Shown here: positions 56,984 through 64,000 of the stretch, piece after piece
How positions within the stretch are numbered: position 1 is the stretch's first letter
Layout of the letters: the number at the start of each line of letters is the position of its first letter
Assembly (NCBI GenBank): GCA_003154195.1
Contig: PMCS01000008.1
Coordinates: forward strand, 79,366 to 143,365
From: Candidatus Omnitrophota bacterium
Lineage (GTDB): Bacteria; Omnitrophota; Gorgyraeia; Duberdicusellales; 4484-171
DNA length: 64,000 bases
Direction: 5' to 3'
Made by a program: the position numbers and the translations under genes
Notes under the pieces: generated by a model
The model's input: the letters and a program-made list of their open reading frames with translations, nothing else
Told to the model about the DNA's origin: nothing
Databases searched by the model: none

Positions 56984-57058
56984 CCCCCTTCGGGGGTAAT
57001 TCGACTACCGTCTCGTCCGGCGCGCTTTGCGCTTGGACTCGACGAAGTCTCATTAAAT
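56984..57058. repeat. family-3 element
   Basis: taccccttcgggggtaattcgactaccgtctcgtccggcgcgctttgcgcttggactcgacgaagtctcattaaat. Its 3' TCATTAAAT contains the greA stop. Its 5' hairpin sits 8 nt upstream of the ygiQ ATG. Confidence 0.8.
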
Positions 57059-57523
57059 TGATATACCCACAACTTTATACTTAAGTACTCCGGCAGGGAC
57101 CTCTACTTCTACCGTATCTCCTACCGCTTTGCCCAACAGCGCTTTTCCGACAGGAGAAGTAACGGAAATGGAGCCGTCGGCGGCGTTTGCCTCATCAGAA
57201 CCTACCAGTTTATATTCCGTTTCCTCCCCGGTATCTAAATCGGCTATTTTAACTTTATTACCCAGATAAGCTTTGTCGCCGGCAGCAACCGGGTGCTCGA
57301 TCAGCTCGGCTCGCGTAAGCCGGTCTTCTAAATCTTTTATTCTTTTTTCGTTGTGCGCGAACGCTTCTTTGGCCGCGTCATATTCGGCGTTTTCGCTTAA
57401 ATCGCCCAGAGAACGCGCGTGCGACAGAGCCGCGGCGATTTCCCTGCGCTTTTTATTCTTCAGTTCCTCTAATTCCTTAATTAATTTATCATGCCCTTCT
57501 TTAGTTAAATAAATCCTTTCCAT
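57053..57523 (-). CDS. greA: transcription elongation factor GreA
   Basis: MERIYLTKEGHDKLIKELEELKNKKRREIAAALSHARSLGDLSENAEYDAAKE... typical of GreA. Confidence 0.9.
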   Translation of the reverse strand: MERIYLTKEGHDKLIKELEELKNKKRREIAAALSHARSLGDLSENAEYDAAKEAFAHNEKRIKDLEDRLTRAELIEHPVAAGDKAYLGNKVKIADLDTGEETEYKLVGSDEANAADGSISVTSPVGKALLGKAVGDTVEVEVPAGVLKYKVVGISI

Positions 57524-57544
57524 ATAAGCCTCCGAAATTATTCT

Positions 57545-57910
57545 TCATTTGACCTTGAATTTAATCACGATATCGGCGGCTTCATCCTTTCCGCCGGCCG
57601 CGCCATCCGCTCCCAAGCTGATAAGCCTTACGTTATCAGCGCTATCGACCTGATAGATTATCGGCCTGCCCCATTTATCTTTTATATCACCGACCGAACA
57701 TTCTATCCCGCCTGCGCCGATCATCTCGCGCAAAGACACCGGCGGCTTTTTGTTTAAAACCGTATAGGCCAAAACGCAATCCTTCAACTTTTTCATCCCC
57801 CGATAAGTCTTCCGGATCGAAAAAGCGTCAAAAATAGAAAAAATAAGATAGGTAAAAAAAACCACGACAAAAAGATACATCTTTATTTGACGCCGGTTTG
57901 GCCTATTCAT
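57545..57910 (-). CDS. GspG-C-domain pseudopilin-like protein with non-canonical N-terminus
   Basis: C-terminus KDKWGRPIIYQVDSADNVRLISLGADGAAGGKDEAADIV matches the T2SS GspG signature. The N-terminal helix MYLFVVVFFTYLIFSIF lacks the G-F/E5 prepilin cleavage motif. Confidence 0.5.
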   Translation of the reverse strand: MNRPNRRQIKMYLFVVVFFTYLIFSIFDAFSIRKTYRGMKKLKDCVLAYTVLNKKPPVSLREMIGAGGIECSVGDIKDKWGRPIIYQVDSADNVRLISLGADGAAGGKDEAADIVIKFKVK

Positions 57911-57926
57911 CGCACGCTTCCCTCTC

Positions 57927-60900
57927 CTATGGTTGAGAACCCGGCGCTTTCGGCGTGCCGGTTAAACCATTAATATCCACGGGCTTCCTGAATAAAAAAT
58001 TACCCGTCGTAACTTTCTGCACGCTGCCGTCTTGTTTGTTTAATTGCACATAATACTTCTTCCCACCTTTTTTAACGCCGACACTCCACGATAAATCGGC
58101 ATCTTTAACCGAGATAACTTCTCCGCCGATCGCCAACCCCGCAAAATGCGCGGCGCCGTCATGGGTAAGCCTCTCTTTAATAAATTCTTGCTTTTGGGAA
58201 TCTACTTTTATTATCAGATAACCGAGAGACGAAAGAAATTGGAATTCCCATCCATCATGCCAGGGGTTTGTCTCTTCCCCCGTTATGACCGTTATTTTAT
58301 TATTGGCTAAAATCTTTTGAGCTTCCTGATAACAATAATCTTTAAGCAAACGCAGGGTTAACTTAACCGAAGCATCTTCTTCTATCTCGGCAAGCGCGCT
58401 CCATTTTTTTGAAGCAAGGCTGATTATCCATCGGCCGTTCTTAAAATCTTTCCGCACCGGTAAAAAATATTTTTCTCCGCTCTCCTTCGCCGCCGCGGCG
58501 ACAGCTAAATCATCCGCCTCCGGCGCCGAAAGGTACTTCTTCAGAGTTACCTTTTCCGATTCATCTTCAACAACCAGAATCATCCCTTTAGGGTAATAAA
58601 AATTCCACATATTATTTTGCTGCCAGATTGCCAGAGGTTCTTCGCTCGCGTTTTCTTTCGCGATTTGCTTAACCCTTGTTTCGCTGATGGTTTTCTTCTG
58701 GTTCACTACTTTCCCCGATTTTTTATTCACCTTAAAAGTATAATTATAATCGGCAGTATTATAATTCAGGATATATAAAAAACCGCGCACTTCGATATTT
58801 TCTTCTTTTAAATCGAGATCGGGAAATATTTTTTTTATTTCCGTTATCGCCTCCTGCTTGGAAAAGGCGGGAAATTCCGCTTTTAATTCGCGCCGCAGGA
58901 TATCGAAATAAAAGTCGATAATCTTTTTGTTATAATCAATGGCGATTTTCCAGGCAACCGCCACATTCTTTTCAATAAGATTAACCGCTACCTCCTTAGG
59001 ATGAATATTCATCTCCCTGCCCACGTGGCTTTTAACGTCGATCTCGGAAAGCCTGTTCGCCGTAGGCAGAAGAACCGCTACCTTTTCCCAGAGCTGAGCC
59101 GAACGACGATTATCTTCGCGAGCCAAAACAATCTCCACCAGCTTGTCCTGCGCTTCTTTTTCTAATTTAAGCGGAGCGTCGAAGCGGCAGAATTTGCCCT
59201 CATCTTTCACCCGGTCAACTACATTGCCGAGAGAATCCCGTTTCAGGGTGTTAATCTTCCAGTCAGCCCGGTGCACGCGCGTTATTAAAAGCTGTACGTT
59301 TCTAAACCGCGCCTCATCGGCGGGTATCCCTTCTTTTGCCAACTCCGCAAGGCAGAGTTTTATGACTTCTTCCGGCTCAATGTCAAGAATAAACGGCTCG
59401 CCCCTGGCAATTCCGAAATTAAAACCTTCAAAGATTGTTTCGGGGAGTAAAACCGTCGTTCTCGCTTGCTCGCCTTCCTGGCCGGTTGCCTCTTTTCCGC
59501 TCAGGTAAAAAGTTTTATAATTGCCCTGCACCTGGCGGCTCATGACCATGGAAATAAGAGACGGCGGTAAAATACGGTGGAAACTGGCAACCCTTCTCGT
59601 CTTTACCAAAATTACCTCTCCGGAACGCAGTTTAATCAAAAATTGCTCGTTATCAAGAATATCCAAAAATGTGGCCAGTTTATCGAATTTTACTCCTGAC
59701 TGAAAACCGTTCTCTAAAATCTTCTCTTTTTCTTTATTGGTGGAAAGTTTGCCGATAACCCAGGTATCGCAATCATTGATCCCTTTAAAATCGATATCTT
59801 CTAAATACTGGGTAGCTAATACGCAGCAAACGCCGGAATTCTTGCTTTCTCTTAATAATAATTCGATCGCCGGCCTGGCTACAAAATGAAACGGATCGGT
59901 AGATAAAAATGACCGCTTTGAGCCGATCTCATCGATATAAAATATAAGGCGCGGCCGATCGCTGGGGCCCTGTTTTTTCATCCAGCAATAAATCGAATAA
60001 GCAACCTGGGAAATAACCAGGTAACGGTCTTCAAAAGTTTCCAGCTCGGAAAGATTAATGATGTTGATAGGTGTTTTATCGAACCTTTGGGAAAATAAAT
60101 CAATATCCAAGGGGACGCCGTCATACCAAATACGCTCGGCGCCGTTCAAGTGTTCGCGTAATTTATCCGCTAAGAGTTTGCGCACGGGCTCCGGTATGTA
60201 TTCATCGACCGGCGCGTCCCCCACCTTCGCCAACGGCAGGTGATCGATCAAATCAATAAAGCGTGCCAAACCTTTAATACCATGAATCTCAATACCATTC
60301 AACCAGCTATAAAGAATCAATTCCGATAAAAAATTCTTCTCCCGGTCTTTCTGATTTATTTCTTCGTTAACGTACAGACGGCCGATAAGAGCGCTTATCA
60401 GAAAATCGATTGCCGTAAAAATATTTTCCCGCTCTTTATCGTAAAGCTCTTTTATATTTTCGGGAGCCGGAGGCAGTAAAGAAATCGCCAAAGGTATGCC
60501 TGATTTAGAACGCGGGGTAAAGACAGCGACCTCAACCGTATCCTTTAATCGTTTAACATAATCCTCGGTCAAGCCAAATCTTCCCAGGTGCCTCATTTGG
60601 TTATCGAATTCCTGTCTTGCCCGGTCTCGCCAGTCTTCACTTTGTCCGTATTCTTCGGAAAAAAATTCGAAATATTCCGGCGAGGTTTTATCGAATAAAA
60701 GGCACAGAGAGGAAAGGTCGCCTTTAAGGTCAATGATAATCGAGGGCACTTCCTTTTGCGCTGCTTCTTCGATAATGCTTTTGGCAAAAACAGTCTTACC
60801 ACAAGCCGGTGACCCGCAGATAAAAACATGGCCCATGAGATTCCCCATGGGCAGGAAAAATTTTGAAAGCAGCCCTCCGCCGCTTTCCAGCGAAATGCGA

Positions 60901-61013
60901 TTACCCAAAAATAAGCTTTCTAAACGTAAATCGTCCGACATATTTTCAATGAGGCTTATCCCGCCGCATTTTGGCGGGATGCAGCCGAATTGGCCCGGCA
61001 CTAATTTTGTCAC
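57927..61013 (-). CDS. large P-loop NTPase, DUF87 / HerA-VirB4-like core with about 550-aa C-terminal region of unknown function
   Basis: Walker A ICGSPACGKT, Walker-B-like LIFYIDEIG and an ATQ sensor motif (CCVLATQYLEDID). 1028 aa. The ORF-track start is a GTG; possible internal ATG starts at 60941 and 60848. Confidence 0.5.
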   Translation of the reverse strand: MTKLVPGQFGCIPPKCGGISLIENMSDDLRLESLFLGNRISLESGGGLLSKFFLPMGNLMGHVFICGSPACGKTVFAKSIIEEAAQKEVPSIIIDLKGDLSSLCLLFDKTSPEYFEFFSEEYGQSEDWRDRARQEFDNQMRHLGRFGLTEDYVKRLKDTVEVAVFTPRSKSGIPLAISLLPPAPENIKELYDKERENIFTAIDFLISALIGRLYVNEEINQKDREKNFLSELILYSWLNGIEIHGIKGLARFIDLIDHLPLAKVGDAPVDEYIPEPVRKLLADKLREHLNGAERIWYDGVPLDIDLFSQRFDKTPINIINLSELETFEDRYLVISQVAYSIYCWMKKQGPSDRPRLIFYIDEIGSKRSFLSTDPFHFVARPAIELLLRESKNSGVCCVLATQYLEDIDFKGINDCDTWVIGKLSTNKEKEKILENGFQSGVKFDKLATFLDILDNEQFLIKLRSGEVILVKTRRVASFHRILPPSLISMVMSRQVQGNYKTFYLSGKEATGQEGEQARTTVLLPETIFEGFNFGIARGEPFILDIEPEEVIKLCLAELAKEGIPADEARFRNVQLLITRVHRADWKINTLKRDSLGNVVDRVKDEGKFCRFDAPLKLEKEAQDKLVEIVLAREDNRRSAQLWEKVAVLLPTANRLSEIDVKSHVGREMNIHPKEVAVNLIEKNVAVAWKIAIDYNKKIIDFYFDILRRELKAEFPAFSKQEAITEIKKIFPDLDLKEENIEVRGFLYILNYNTADYNYTFKVNKKSGKVVNQKKTISETRVKQIAKENASEEPLAIWQQNNMWNFYYPKGMILVVEDESEKVTLKKYLSAPEADDLAVAAAAKESGEKYFLPVRKDFKNGRWIISLASKKWSALAEIEEDASVKLTLRLLKDYCYQEAQKILANNKITVITGEETNPWHDGWEFQFLSSLGYLIIKVDSQKQEFIKERLTHDGAAHFAGLAIGGEVISVKDADLSWSVGVKKGGKKYYVQLNKQDGSVQKVTTGNFLFRKPVDINGLTGTPKAPGSQP

Positions 61014-61039
61014 AGCAAAATCAGTGCCGGGTTATACTC

Positions 61040-61298
61040 CGCAAAAAATACTGCCATCCGCTTGCGCGGATGGGAAAAAGGTAGATTACAGAAAAACAAC
61101 CAAGAAACAATCACCAAACAATATCTAATCTCATAGTGGTTATTTTAGCACTTTCGGTATTATAGACAAGATTATAAATCTTAACGCTTAAGTTTATTTT
61201 TTGCGCCGCGAAAAAAGACCCTTCGCTTCGCTCAGGGTAATTCGACTACCGCCTCGTCCGGCGCGCTTCGCGCTTGGACCCGGCGAAGTCTCATTAAA
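61040..61298. repeat. repeat cluster: half AT hairpin, CCATCCGC hairpin, AT hairpin and a family-3 element
   Basis: gccatccgcttgcgcggatggg (61053-61074); ttttttgcgccgcgaaaaaa (61197-61216); cccttcgcttcgctcagggtaattcgactaccgcctcgtccggcgcgcttcgcgcttggacccggcgaagtctcattaaat (61217-61298). Confidence 0.8.
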
Positions 61299-61877
61299 TT
61301 TTTTTAAAAGTTTTTTAAAAACCCTGCCGGGAAATCCCACGACGTTATCGTAGTCTCCCTTAATAGATTTTATAAACTGGCCCCTTAAATCCTGAATCGC
61401 GTAGCTGCCGGCTTTATCGCGGAAATCGCCGCGGCCGAGATAATCGGTTATTTCGTCAGCCTTAAGCTTTTTAAAATTAACTTCCGTCTTCGCATAATCC
61501 GTGACTAATTTTTTATCGCGCCGCCGGCACAGGGCAAGCCCGGTGATAACTTCGTGAGTATTCCCCGATAAAATCGAAAGCATCTTTTTCCCGTCCCGGT
61601 AATTCCGCGGCTTGCCTAAAATCTTATTCTTAAAAACAACAATGGTATCGGCGCCGGCCACAATCAATCGGGGAAATTTTTCAGCTACCGCTTGCGCCTT
61701 TAATGTCGCTGCCAAAACCGCAAATGAAACCGGGTTTTTTTCTTTAATCGCACCTTCATCGATATCGGCAGGGTAAATAATAAAGTCTCTGACGATTTTT
61801 TTAAGGAGATTTATCCGGCGCGGCGAGCGGGAGGCAAGGACAATTTTAATATTTTTATAATTCTTGCGGGGTTTCAT
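61194..61877 (-). CDS. maf: Maf-like nucleoside triphosphate pyrophosphatase with repeat-encoded C-terminal extension
   Basis: IVLASRSPRR...GADTIVV...GKP...; Maf fold. The last 33 or so residues (ETSPGPSAKRAGRGGSRITLSEAKGLFSRRKK) are translated from the family-3 element plus an AT hairpin. Confidence 0.85.
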   Translation of the reverse strand: MKPRKNYKNIKIVLASRSPRRINLLKKIVRDFIIYPADIDEGAIKEKNPVSFAVLAATLKAQAVAEKFPRLIVAGADTIVVFKNKILGKPRNYRDGKKMLSILSGNTHEVITGLALCRRRDKKLVTDYAKTEVNFKKLKADEITDYLGRGDFRDKAGSYAIQDLRGQFIKSIKGDYDNVVGFPGRVFKKLLKKFNETSPGPSAKRAGRGGSRITLSEAKGLFSRRKK

Positions 61878-61914
61878 CGCTATTCTAAATAATTAGCGCG
61901 CCGGAAAAATTTCA

Positions 61915-63558
61915 CTAAATGCCGGCCGATTCTTTTTTTATCCGCATCAGCGGACAGTAATTATTTTTTACGCAGTAAAAAATAATTAGCGGCAGAAAAA
62001 TAACAAATACGCCCGAAATGATAAAGTAAAAATTATGCGATCTCATGAGCGGCATCCCGACGATAACAGCGTCGATGACAAAATGCGCCAGAACAACAGT
62101 TTCGAAACCATACCGTAAAAATACTAAAACAAAGATACTGCCGAATATCGTAAGCTCGATGCCGCGAAGATAAACGGGAAAAAATGCGTAGGTGGAATGA
62201 GCAAAACCCCAGAATAAAGCGGACAAAAAAATTGCCAATAACGTACACTTGGTAAAAGCTTTTAAAAAAGTAAACGCAAAAAGCCGATAGGCCGCCTCTT
62301 CGCCGATCGCCGCGACAAGGCTGATTGTTAATACGGAGATAAACGGCAAAAAAGTGGCCAACGCGTTAGAATAGCTTGTATCCGGTACTATCCAGGCGCC
62401 GAAAAAGTTCTTTGCCCCCAAATAAAATAAAGTGATGTAACCTAAAAATATAAAAGCTAAACTGTAACCAACGATAAATACCGGCGTAATCCGCGAAAAT
62501 TCAATCTTTTTATCTTTAAACGCCCTGTAGACAGTTAACTTATCCCGGGATAGCGCTTCCCCTAAGGTTACATACGCGAAAATAAACATCACTAAACCTA
62601 TAGTAGAGACAACCGCGCCCGAAAGCGCATTCATAAAGAATAAAACCTTACTGATTGTGTCGGGGTAAGAATTCCATATAAGCGGTAAGCCGTTAAAAAA
62701 CGAGAATAAACTTAAAACACCGACAATCGCGCTAAGCAGGACCCCGGGCATCCAGTCAAAACATAAATTTTTTACTTTGAAACCAAGCAGGAATACGGCG
62801 GCGACGGTAAGAATAAACATCGCGATTTGAGACGATACCGCTAAAGCCGCGCCCCAGGATGTTTCTTTATTAAACGAACGCCAGAATTCTTCGGGAATAT
62901 AGAGGTACCTTTTAAACCTGCCGACTTTATCCCCATAAACATCCACGGCTAATCTTAAAGCGGCGTTTTTGACCCGATAATATTTTCTCTCCCATTCAAA
63001 ATAATGGTCGGTTCGATGATTTCGTTTTTCACTGGCGCTTTCTTTAAGCCGATAATCCGCCAGATTAAAACCGGCGGAACTAATCATATTTTGCGCGATA
63101 ACCTTAGCGTTTTTAGAAGAAAGGTCGGCGCCGGGCGAATCGTCAAGCAAAAAATGCCTGAAATTCAAAACATCGCCGCTGGCTGGGTCAACATCGGCGG
63201 CATAACCTTCCTTCTCCAACTCCTTGAACCATCGAATGTGCCAAAAACAAATGGCGACATCCTTGTTGGAAAGACTACTTGACGGAAATTTATACTTATC
63301 CGCGCGTTGGTAATCATTTTTTTGCAAATAGGCAAGCACCGAATCGTTGGAAGAAAAAATTATCGTTTTTTCAAACCCCTGTAAATTAAATTTTTCTTTC
63401 GCGAAAAATAACTCCGCTCTTCTTAAAACTTCTTTTTTATCCAGTTTAAGGTCGACGGGGGCAACAGGAAAGATTTTGCCGAAATACGACAAAAAAATAA
63501 TGATTCCCGCCGCGCCAAAAACCAGCCAAATGATTAAAGGTTTTATATTTTTGCCCAT
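61915..63558 (-). CDS. CPBP (CAAX protease / Abi) family intramembrane metalloprotease with N-terminal periplasmic domain
   Basis: EEAAYRLF, FWGFAHS and HFVIDA motifs in C-terminal TM helices. The tail ...FYCVKNNY... is encoded by an AT hairpin. Confidence 0.7.
   Translation of the reverse strand: MGKNIKPLIIWLVFGAAGIIIFLSYFGKIFPVAPVDLKLDKKEVLRRAELFFAKEKFNLQGFEKTIIFSSNDSVLAYLQKNDYQRADKYKFPSSSLSNKDVAICFWHIRWFKELEKEGYAADVDPASGDVLNFRHFLLDDSPGADLSSKNAKVIAQNMISSAGFNLADYRLKESASEKRNHRTDHYFEWERKYYRVKNAALRLAVDVYGDKVGRFKRYLYIPEEFWRSFNKETSWGAALAVSSQIAMFILTVAAVFLLGFKVKNLCFDWMPGVLLSAIVGVLSLFSFFNGLPLIWNSYPDTISKVLFFMNALSGAVVSTIGLVMFIFAYVTLGEALSRDKLTVYRAFKDKKIEFSRITPVFIVGYSLAFIFLGYITLFYLGAKNFFGAWIVPDTSYSNALATFLPFISVLTISLVAAIGEEAAYRLFAFTFLKAFTKCTLLAIFLSALFWGFAHSTYAFFPVYLRGIELTIFGSIFVLVFLRYGFETVVLAHFVIDAVIVGMPLMRSHNFYFIISGVFVIFLPLIIFYCVKNNYCPLMRIKKESAGI
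61958..61988. repeat. AT hairpin module inside the CPBP 3' coding end
   Basis: taattattttttacgcagtaaaaaataatta; near-identical to 18454-18480. Confidence 0.75.
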
Positions 63559-63572
63559 AATGAATAAAAAAT

Positions 63573-63836
63573 GGCTGAGGCAATGGTAATGCCATCCTTC
63601 GCTCTTCGAGCTTCGGAGAAATCTTGCCGAAGCCTTGGCGAAGGCAGACCTTGGCGAAGGCAGACCTTGGCGAAAGCAGACCTTGGCGAAGGCAGACCTT
63701 AGCGAAGGCAGACCTTAGCGAAGGCAGACCTTAGCGAAGGCGGAAAGCCCGTATGGGTTATAGTTAAGGTTATGGCTGTGAATTCGTATCAACCCTAACC
63801 ATTGCCTTAACCCAAACCGGCTTCCTAACCCTAGCC
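63573..63836. repeat. GGTTAGGG/CCCTAACC-family element, copy D, containing a 16-bp tandem repeat
   Basis: ggctgaggcaatggtaatg...; tandem (ggcgaaggcagacctt) of about 6.7 copies at 63637-63743; ...gtatgggttatagttaaggttatggctgtgaattcgtatcaaccctaaccattgccttaacccaaaccggcttcctaaccctagcc. Confidence 0.8.
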
Positions 63837-63882
63837 GATTATTATTACCAATTTTTTAATTATAGCCGGACACCCTACTTTT

Positions 63883-64000
63883 CTATCGGGAGAAATAAAC
63901 GTCTATCTTCTCTACCGCTTTTTCCCTTACGGCAATGCTTAACGGAACGGGTATAGTATCGCCGTTGATTTCCGTAGTTTTGCCTTTAAGATCGCGCACA
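63883..64000 (-). CDS. 3' end of a minus-strand gene (product unknown)
   Basis: Reverse frame reads ...VRDLKGKTTEINGDTIPVPLSIAVREKAVEKIDVYFSR* with the stop at 63883-63885. Truncated by the window edge. Confidence 0.3.
   Translation of the reverse strand, partial: VRDLKGKTTEINGDTIPVPLSIAVREKAVEKIDVYFSR

Noticed and set aside
63637-63743. Possible CRISPR array (tandem 16-bp repeats). The same question was asked of the G-tract run at 25551-25610.
   Set aside because: The units are directly adjacent with no spacers and only 16 bp or 6-7 bp long. They are minisatellites embedded in a larger palindromic element, not repeat-spacer arrays. No cas genes are present.

Overview
The window holds about 64 kb of densely packed bacterial coding sequence, with nearly every gene on the minus strand. 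The outer-membrane and efflux genes suggest an uncultivated diderm lineage; I cannot name it.

Housekeeping content is clear. It includes rsmD (partial), recG, a NUDIX hydrolase, the CCA-adding enzyme, nrdR, dCMP deaminase, glyA, rpiB, a TsaC/LMW-PTP fusion, recJ, glgB, greA, maf, and an rpsU that is missing from the ORF track. There is a purine biosynthesis cluster in the order purB-purL-purQ-purF-purM-[two secreted proteins]-purD-purE. Carbon metabolism is represented by eda plus an HMGL-like aldolase.

Envelope and regulatory content includes a tolC-macA-macB efflux operon, AsmA-like and BamD/YbgF-like proteins, and a CPBP protease. Pilus-related genes are pilT, a PilX-like minor pilin and a non-canonical GspG-like pseudopilin. 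Regulatory genes are a stand-alone response-regulator receiver, a zinc-finger (ZAS) anti-sigma factor translationally coupled to a STAS-PilZ fusion, and a divergent ECF-like sigma factor in a low-GC islet.

The strongest sequence-level signal is a dense mosaic of at least four families of short palindromic repeat modules, many with TTCG loops. They fill almost every intergenic gap. One cluster sits in-frame inside purQ. Others supply stop codons, C-terminal tails and possibly ribosome-binding sites to neighbouring genes. One module has expanded into a telomere-like GGTTAAG/GGTAAG G-tract minisatellite.

Other candidates for new biology are an operon of a 1028-aa DUF87/HerA-VirB4-type ATPase, the GspG-like pseudopilin and greA; the ZAS / STAS-PilZ pair; and a receiver, Cys-rich unknown and GroES-like trio.

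No rRNA, tRNA or CRISPR array was recognised. Product calls rest on motif recognition by eye and were not checked against any database.
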